In this document: positions 45,925-50,495 of the stretch, piece by piece
How the letters are laid out: each line of letters opens with the position of its first letter
Position numbering within the stretch: position 1 is the stretch's first letter
Virus record (IMG/VR): IMGVR_UViG_3300028840_001404
Span: 1 to 50,495 of that record
Strand: one strand, 5' to 3'
DNA: 50,495 bases
Origin: a virus
Taxonomy: Duplodnaviria > Caudoviricetes
The notes under the pieces: generated by a model
The model's database searches: none
Told to the model about the DNA's origin: nothing
What the model saw: only the letters and a program-made list of their open reading frames with translations
Program-made: the position numbers and the translations under genes

Positions 45925-46293
45925 ATGAGTGCTGAATGTAATGTTAACGTAATAGCCAAGCTGACTGGGCTTGGAGACATCCAGGAGTTTGCTAAAAGGT
46001 TCTCTACTACAGCTACTCCTACACGGGCTATCTATCATTACGCTGTACAAGACACTGCTGATACAGCTCAGGCTCTCGAAGTTGGTGATGTTGGGACTAT
46101 CGAGCTCATTATTTTGAAGTGTGTCAGTAATGATGTCGATATTGATACGTCTTATGTATCTAGCTTTAGTGCTGAGATTGAAGTACAAGAGGGTGAATTG
46201 ACTATCTTCAAACCTACTGGCACGGTATATATTCAGAACGATGATGCCGGTGAGACATCAACTGTCGAATACCTCGTAATAGGAACCAGCTAA
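45925..46293 (+). CDS. Virion structural protein
   Basis: GAGGAG SD, beta-rich, head-tail region. Confidence 0.6.
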   Translation: MSAECNVNVIAKLTGLGDIQEFAKRFSTTATPTRAIYHYAVQDTADTAQALEVGDVGTIELIILKCVSNDVDIDTSYVSSFSAEIEVQEGELTIFKPTGTVYIQNDDAGETSTVEYLVIGTS

Positions 46294-47054
46294 TGGCTAC
46301 ACTTAAGGTTACGTATTCCGACTTGTTAGTACGGGTATCCGACTTCCTCGGTTTGGGAAGCAGTACGCCAACTGGTGATGATCTTACCTTGTGTGGTGAT
46401 ATTGTAGCTAGAGGATACCGTCAGTTTCTCTATCCCGTTGATATGAGAACGGGGGATACTTATGAGTGGAGTTTTCTGAAAAAGTTCTTTGTCCTGCCCA
46501 TCAAGTCTGGTAAGTGGGTTTATCAGCTTCCAGAAGATTATTCTGAAATATTGACCGATCCTACTTATGATGACGACGATGGGTATAACTGTCTGGATAA
46601 GAGGACTCCTGAGGAAATTCTTAACCTACGTTCAGCAGTTGTGGAATCCTATCCTCCAAGCTACTATACTGTAGTTCCTCAAGGAACGAATTTGGAAACG
46701 GGCAGCTTCGATGAGCTTTGGATTTATCCGGAACCGGATGGTGCTTACAACCTTAAGTTCTTCTATAAAACTGATCCACTAAAGCCCAGCAACATTGCCG
46801 ATTACTTAGTAGGAGGAGTTAAAGGTGCCGAAGCCCTGATAGAATCTTGTCTAGCAGTAGCAGAGCTACAAGAAGATGACACCATAGGAGTGCATACACA
46901 AAAAGCAGAAGAGTTGATACAGAAGTTGATTGTAGTAGATTCTAAACGTGATGAGGATGCTATTGTCGGCAACCTTTACTCAAATACTGATCTCCTAGTG
47001 ACTCGCCGTCACCGGGGGATTCAAAACCTTTCTGACATTTATCCTGGAGAGTAA
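46293..47054 (+). CDS. Head-tail adaptor (tail tubular protein A-like)
   Basis: WSFL, YQLPED, LWIYPEPD..Y.L.F.Y pattern. Confidence 0.75.
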   Translation: MATLKVTYSDLLVRVSDFLGLGSSTPTGDDLTLCGDIVARGYRQFLYPVDMRTGDTYEWSFLKKFFVLPIKSGKWVYQLPEDYSEILTDPTYDDDDGYNCLDKRTPEEILNLRSAVVESYPPSYYTVVPQGTNLETGSFDELWIYPEPDGAYNLKFFYKTDPLKPSNIADYLVGGVKGAEALIESCLAVAELQEDDTIGVHTQKAEELIQKLIVVDSKRDEDAIVGNLYSNTDLLVTRRHRGIQNLSDIYPGE

Positions 47055-47056
47055 AC

Positions 47057-47419
47057 ATGGCAACTGATTATGAGGCTATTAGAACTCTGAAGCAGCGTAA
47101 GAAAACTGTCACCGGAACGTATACGGCTCGTACCGGCAGACCTACGGATAGTTTTGTACTGGATCATCCTATCGATATTGCTGATCCTGCTGCTGATTTT
47201 ACTTTGACTATCCCTGATGGTGTAGCCATGGGGCAGGAACTTTTGATTGTTATGTCCAGCAACGACGATTCCAAGACTGCCACTATCAGCTTTACTCATC
47301 ATGAAAGTGCTGATGCTGGTACTACGTCACTCGATGCTGCTGATGAGGCAATTAAGGTTATCTGGACGGGGACTGAGTGGGATACCATTCTCTATTCTTG
47401 TGCCGCTGACGTTTCGTAA
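47057..47419 (+). CDS. Virion structural protein
   Basis: TLTIPDG..GQEL...VIW.GTEW fibre-type module. Confidence 0.6.
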   Translation: MATDYEAIRTLKQRKKTVTGTYTARTGRPTDSFVLDHPIDIADPAADFTLTIPDGVAMGQELLIVMSSNDDSKTATISFTHHESADAGTTSLDAADEAIKVIWTGTEWDTILYSCAADVS

Positions 47420-47432
47420 TAGGAGTATAAAA

Positions 47433-47732
47433 ATGCCTAACAAATATTCCAATGCTTCTATTGCGAATGTTGGATCGGCTGGTGGGGTAGAAGTCCTCAG
47501 TATTACGACTAAAGATACTGATGCAGGGACATCCAGAGCTTGTAAGGAGGTTATTTTCTGGACCCCGGATTCGGACATCTATTTTACTGTAGGTACTACG
47601 GCTGCTGATGCTAATGATGTGCTTCTTCCTCCTACTGCTCCTATCACATTCCCGATTGATGATCCGAGTAAGCTTCAGTTCTATAATGACGGAAGCGGAA
47701 CGGAAACTGTGTATATGATCTGGAGGGTATAG
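47433..47732 (+). CDS. Virion structural protein
   Basis: AGGAG SD before MPNKYS; small beta sandwich. Confidence 0.6.
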   Translation: MPNKYSNASIANVGSAGGVEVLSITTKDTDAGTSRACKEVIFWTPDSDIYFTVGTTAADANDVLLPPTAPITFPIDDPSKLQFYNDGSGTETVYMIWRV

Positions 47733-47734
47733 AG

Positions 47735-48448
47735 ATGTTTAATATGGCCTCTTCAGGTGGAAGTTCTAAATTTGATAGTGGTATTGAATTAACAGGTGGT
47801 GGAACCCTTTCTACCACCTCCAACGGCAACATCACCCTCCTGCCCAACGGCACTGGAATCACGATAGTAGGTGACGCTGGAAGCACGAGCCATAGTCTTG
47901 CTACTAATGATGATCTGTTTGTTAGTGGCAAGTTGGAAGTTGATGGCACTGCTCATTTTGATGGTACCTTGAGATCAGAGACCACGTTCGTTACTGTAGG
48001 GACACACCAAATAGCGGGAACGGTTGACTGGAGAGGTACAGGAGTTAGTTCTGGGGCTCACGTTGATTCAAAACGAAGTGAAGAGGTTATTACTGTTTCA
48101 AACGGAACTTCAACTGCCAATGGTTCGGATGCTGATTTGTTCCCAGCTAATTCAGTAATCAGAGCAGTGGCGGCTTATGTGGTGACACCAGACGGCGGCA
48201 CACTAGCCAGCACCTTTGACGTTGGGCGGACAAATGGCGGTAATCTTGACGAGTTTATAGACGCACAGTCGGTACTGGCTTCGGCTGGATTCAACCATGC
48301 AGCACACTCAGACGGGACATTGACGTATGCAAACATGCTTCAAGTGAGTAATGACACAGTAACAGTGACCCTAGATGCCAATGCTGATACTGATGTTCAG
48401 GTTCGTGTTGTTGTCTGGTACGATCAGATCACCGCACCGACTGCTTAA
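47735..48448 (+). CDS. Fibre-like virion protein
   Basis: NITLLPNGTG and LFVSGKLEVDG fibre motifs. Confidence 0.65.
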   Translation: MFNMASSGGSSKFDSGIELTGGGTLSTTSNGNITLLPNGTGITIVGDAGSTSHSLATNDDLFVSGKLEVDGTAHFDGTLRSETTFVTVGTHQIAGTVDWRGTGVSSGAHVDSKRSEEVITVSNGTSTANGSDADLFPANSVIRAVAAYVVTPDGGTLASTFDVGRTNGGNLDEFIDAQSVLASAGFNHAAHSDGTLTYANMLQVSNDTVTVTLDANADTDVQVRVVVWYDQITAPTA

Positions 48449-48465
48449 TATTAGAGGGAGAGACA

Positions 48466-48750
48466 ATGAACTTTAATATATCTAATGAAGACCTTGCTAC
48501 TGTTGATCTTATTACTGAGACAGCAGATATGACAACGGTTGAGAAAGTAGAGTGGTCCTATCAGTATACCCACAGGGCTGCTAATCGTCAGGGCCAGTTG
48601 GTCAGGGCATGGCAGGCTGGGACTATATCACGTTTTGGACAGGAGATTGCAATACCACAAGCGATATTGGATGCATGGAAAGCAGAGATTAATGCTCTTG
48701 CTGACAGAATTGTAATTGCCCAAAATTATGTGGCTAGTGTAACTGAATAA
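48466..48750 (+). CDS. Hypothetical protein (possible fibre chaperone)
   Basis: GGAG SD, follows the fibre-like gene. Confidence 0.55.
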   Translation: MNFNISNEDLATVDLITETADMTTVEKVEWSYQYTHRAANRQGQLVRAWQAGTISRFGQEIAIPQAILDAWKAEINALADRIVIAQNYVASVTE

Positions 48751-48761
48751 GGAATACTTTA

Positions 48762-48959
48762 ATGGCAAAAGGAATGACAAAAGCTCAAGCTAAAAAAGCC
48801 GCTAAAAAGCAGAAGAAAACCGACGCCTATCAAAGATATTTAGCTTTAATTAGAAAAGGTGGTAGATCGGCTCTTCAAAAAGCCATGACTCAATATGACT
48901 GGATGAAGGCTGGACCTAGAACTAAAAAGATTGCGATGCAGAAAGCTCGGAGCAATTAA
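48762..48959 (+). CDS. Small basic protein
   Basis: Lys/Ala-rich, AAGGA SD. Confidence 0.6.
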   Translation: MAKGMTKAQAKKAAKKQKKTDAYQRYLALIRKGGRSALQKAMTQYDWMKAGPRTKKIAMQKARSN

Positions 48960-49184
48960 ATGCAGAAGCTTCCGCTGCCAATCAAAGGTTTAAACCGAGG
49001 GATAACCGTTGCCTTAACTCCAACGGAGTATACTACTAATATAAATAATGTCCGTCCTAAAGATGTGCTAGAGAACAGATTTAGAATGGGGCAGAGGCCA
49101 GGACTAAAGAAGTGGTCTACCGATAGAGTAGGTGGTGACAACCAACCTGTGATTGAAATTGTTTCTGTAAGTTCAATCAGTTAA
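48960..49184 (+). CDS. Detached N-terminal segment of tail nozzle protein
   Basis: LPLPIKGLN...NNVRP...R...RPGL resembles the GGLN...N...RPG N-terminus of nozzle/gp10-like proteins. Confidence 0.6.
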   Translation: MQKLPLPIKGLNRGITVALTPTEYTTNINNVRPKDVLENRFRMGQRPGLKKWSTDRVGGDNQPVIEIVSVSSIS

Positions 49185-49188
49185 AATT

Positions 49189-50376
49189 ATGGCTACTCTT
49201 TATTCATATACTCCATATAATGAAGCCCTAGATGATCCAATAAATACAGCAAGTTCAAAGGGACAGGTTTTTACTTTATCTTCTGGGGGAACTGTTGAAT
49301 CTGTTACTCTTCGGGTTCGTCGGGTAAATAATGCTACTAATTGCAGGGTATCGTTATATTCTACTTCTGGTGGATTGCCCCTTGCTGAATTAGCTTATGT
49401 GGATGTAGACCCTTCTGGATGGAGTACGGGATATAATGACCTTGTTTTTACTTTTGACACCCCTTATGAAGCTGAGGCAGAAACATATTGTATTGTACTC
49501 TCTTCAACAGATGCTCCTTTTGATAATCCAAGTTGGGCTGTTTCAACAGATAATAATGGAACAGAGGCAGTATGGACAGTTGGTGGAGTTTGGGAAGTAT
49601 TTGTTGGACCAAGAGGACATTCTTTAACTGTTTCTGGAACTGAGGCAGGGCATGTCAAAGCCTCTAATCCTACTCCAGCCAATGGAGCTACAGAGGTAGA
49701 CTTTTCTGGCTACACTCTGTCTTGGGATGGGAATGGAGATACGTATGATGTTCGTGGAGGAGCTGCGGGTAATTTTGTCCTTCTAGCCTCTGGTATTTCT
49801 GACAAAACCTATACTTTGGATTCTAGTGAAGTCCCTTTGTTCAAGGAGGGTGTTGTCACTTGGCGTGTTGATTCAACTAAAGATACAGAGACTTTAACTG
49901 GAGATGAGTGGACATTTGACCCTCGTCCGGGAAAAGCGTCCTCTCCTACCCCTTCAGATGAAGGAACGGATATCTCTATCGAACAAGACTTCTCTTGGAC
50001 GATTGGTACAAATGGCACAACGAACGATCTTGTTCTAGCAGGTTCTACCATTCTCAGTGGAAGTACTGACACTTCATACAGTCTGGCTGCTGATCTGTTT
50101 GATTGGGAAGACAGTGTTGAATGGAGGGTAGACAGTATTAATGAGTTTGGTACTACAACTGGTGATACCTGGGGTTTTACGGCTAAAGATTTGGACCATC
50201 TCCGAATTACTTATAACTTGATTGATGGAGGAAGTGGTAATGGTCCTTATGACGATCCGGCCGGAGTAGAAGGTGTAGACTACTTTTGGACTGGATTAAA
50301 TAACGTTATAACAGTTAAACGGTTAGTCATGTTTGGTAAGGACCGTTGTTACTTTGAGAATTTTACGGGAGGTTAA
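49189..50376 (+). CDS. Virion adhesin-like protein with two FN3-like repeats
   Basis: GQVFT domain, two KAS.PTP...WRVDS...TGD.W.F repeats, C-terminal KRLVMFGKDRCYFE. Confidence 0.7.
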   Translation: MATLYSYTPYNEALDDPINTASSKGQVFTLSSGGTVESVTLRVRRVNNATNCRVSLYSTSGGLPLAELAYVDVDPSGWSTGYNDLVFTFDTPYEAEAETYCIVLSSTDAPFDNPSWAVSTDNNGTEAVWTVGGVWEVFVGPRGHSLTVSGTEAGHVKASNPTPANGATEVDFSGYTLSWDGNGDTYDVRGGAAGNFVLLASGISDKTYTLDSSEVPLFKEGVVTWRVDSTKDTETLTGDEWTFDPRPGKASSPTPSDEGTDISIEQDFSWTIGTNGTTNDLVLAGSTILSGSTDTSYSLAADLFDWEDSVEWRVDSINEFGTTTGDTWGFTAKDLDHLRITYNLIDGGSGNGPYDDPAGVEGVDYFWTGLNNVITVKRLVMFGKDRCYFENFTGG

Positions 50377-50495
50377 GGTGAGTTTTTCTAACTACCTTGA
50401 GAACGAAGTACTAGACCATGTAATGGGAGTTGGGGCTTATTCTGCTCCTACTGTGTATGCAGCCTTGTGTACTGCTGATCCCACTGAGGCTGGTA
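50352..50495 (+). repeat. 144-bp terminal direct repeat (right copy)
   Basis: Identical to 1-144. Confidence 0.97.

Larger units (their letters stand above)
1..50351. mobile_element. Complete circularly assembled lytic podovirus-like Caudoviricetes genome (~50.35 kb)
   Basis: Exact terminal overlap. TerL, portal, MCP, PolA, DnaB and primase all present in two divergent arms. Adaptor, nozzle and ejection-type genes present; no tape measure or tail tube and no integrase recognised. Confidence 0.93.

Noticed and set aside
47247-47432. Programmed frameshift fusing 47057-47419 with the next gene
   Set aside because: No slippery heptamer seen, and the downstream gene has its own SD and ATG at 47433.

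Overview
This window is a complete, circularly assembled dsDNA tailed-phage genome of about 50,351 bp. Bases 1-144 are repeated exactly at 50352-50495. The gene set is podovirus-like. The + strand arm (about 34987-50351, continuing through 1-9568) carries TerS, TerL, portal, a lipoprotein trypsin-like protease, scaffold, major capsid protein, an endonuclease VII, head-tail adaptor, an apparently split tail nozzle, tail fibre, ejection proteins and a holin-like protein. The - strand arm (about 34300 down to 9600) carries family A DNA polymerase, early genes behind three sigma70-type promoters, a Cas4-like exonuclease, DnaB with a Glu1 class-3-type intein, primase, Holliday junction resolvase, a nucleotide-metabolism cluster and several HNH genes, some broken. 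I recognised no integrase, repressor, endolysin, full tRNA, CRISPR array or reverse transcriptase. The most unusual signals are: (i) a nozzle beta-propeller that looks split over several genes, with two alternative adhesin-like proteins ending in the same strand motif; (ii) a 47-nt tRNA-like minihelix plus a UNCG-capped long hairpin in the early region; (iii) a ~100-nt structured leader upstream of a cytidine deaminase; (iv) a domain-shuffled small-protein family; and (v) a PolA O-helix insertion. All product calls come from motif recognition by eye, with no database searches. A Planctomycetota-like host is only a weak inference.
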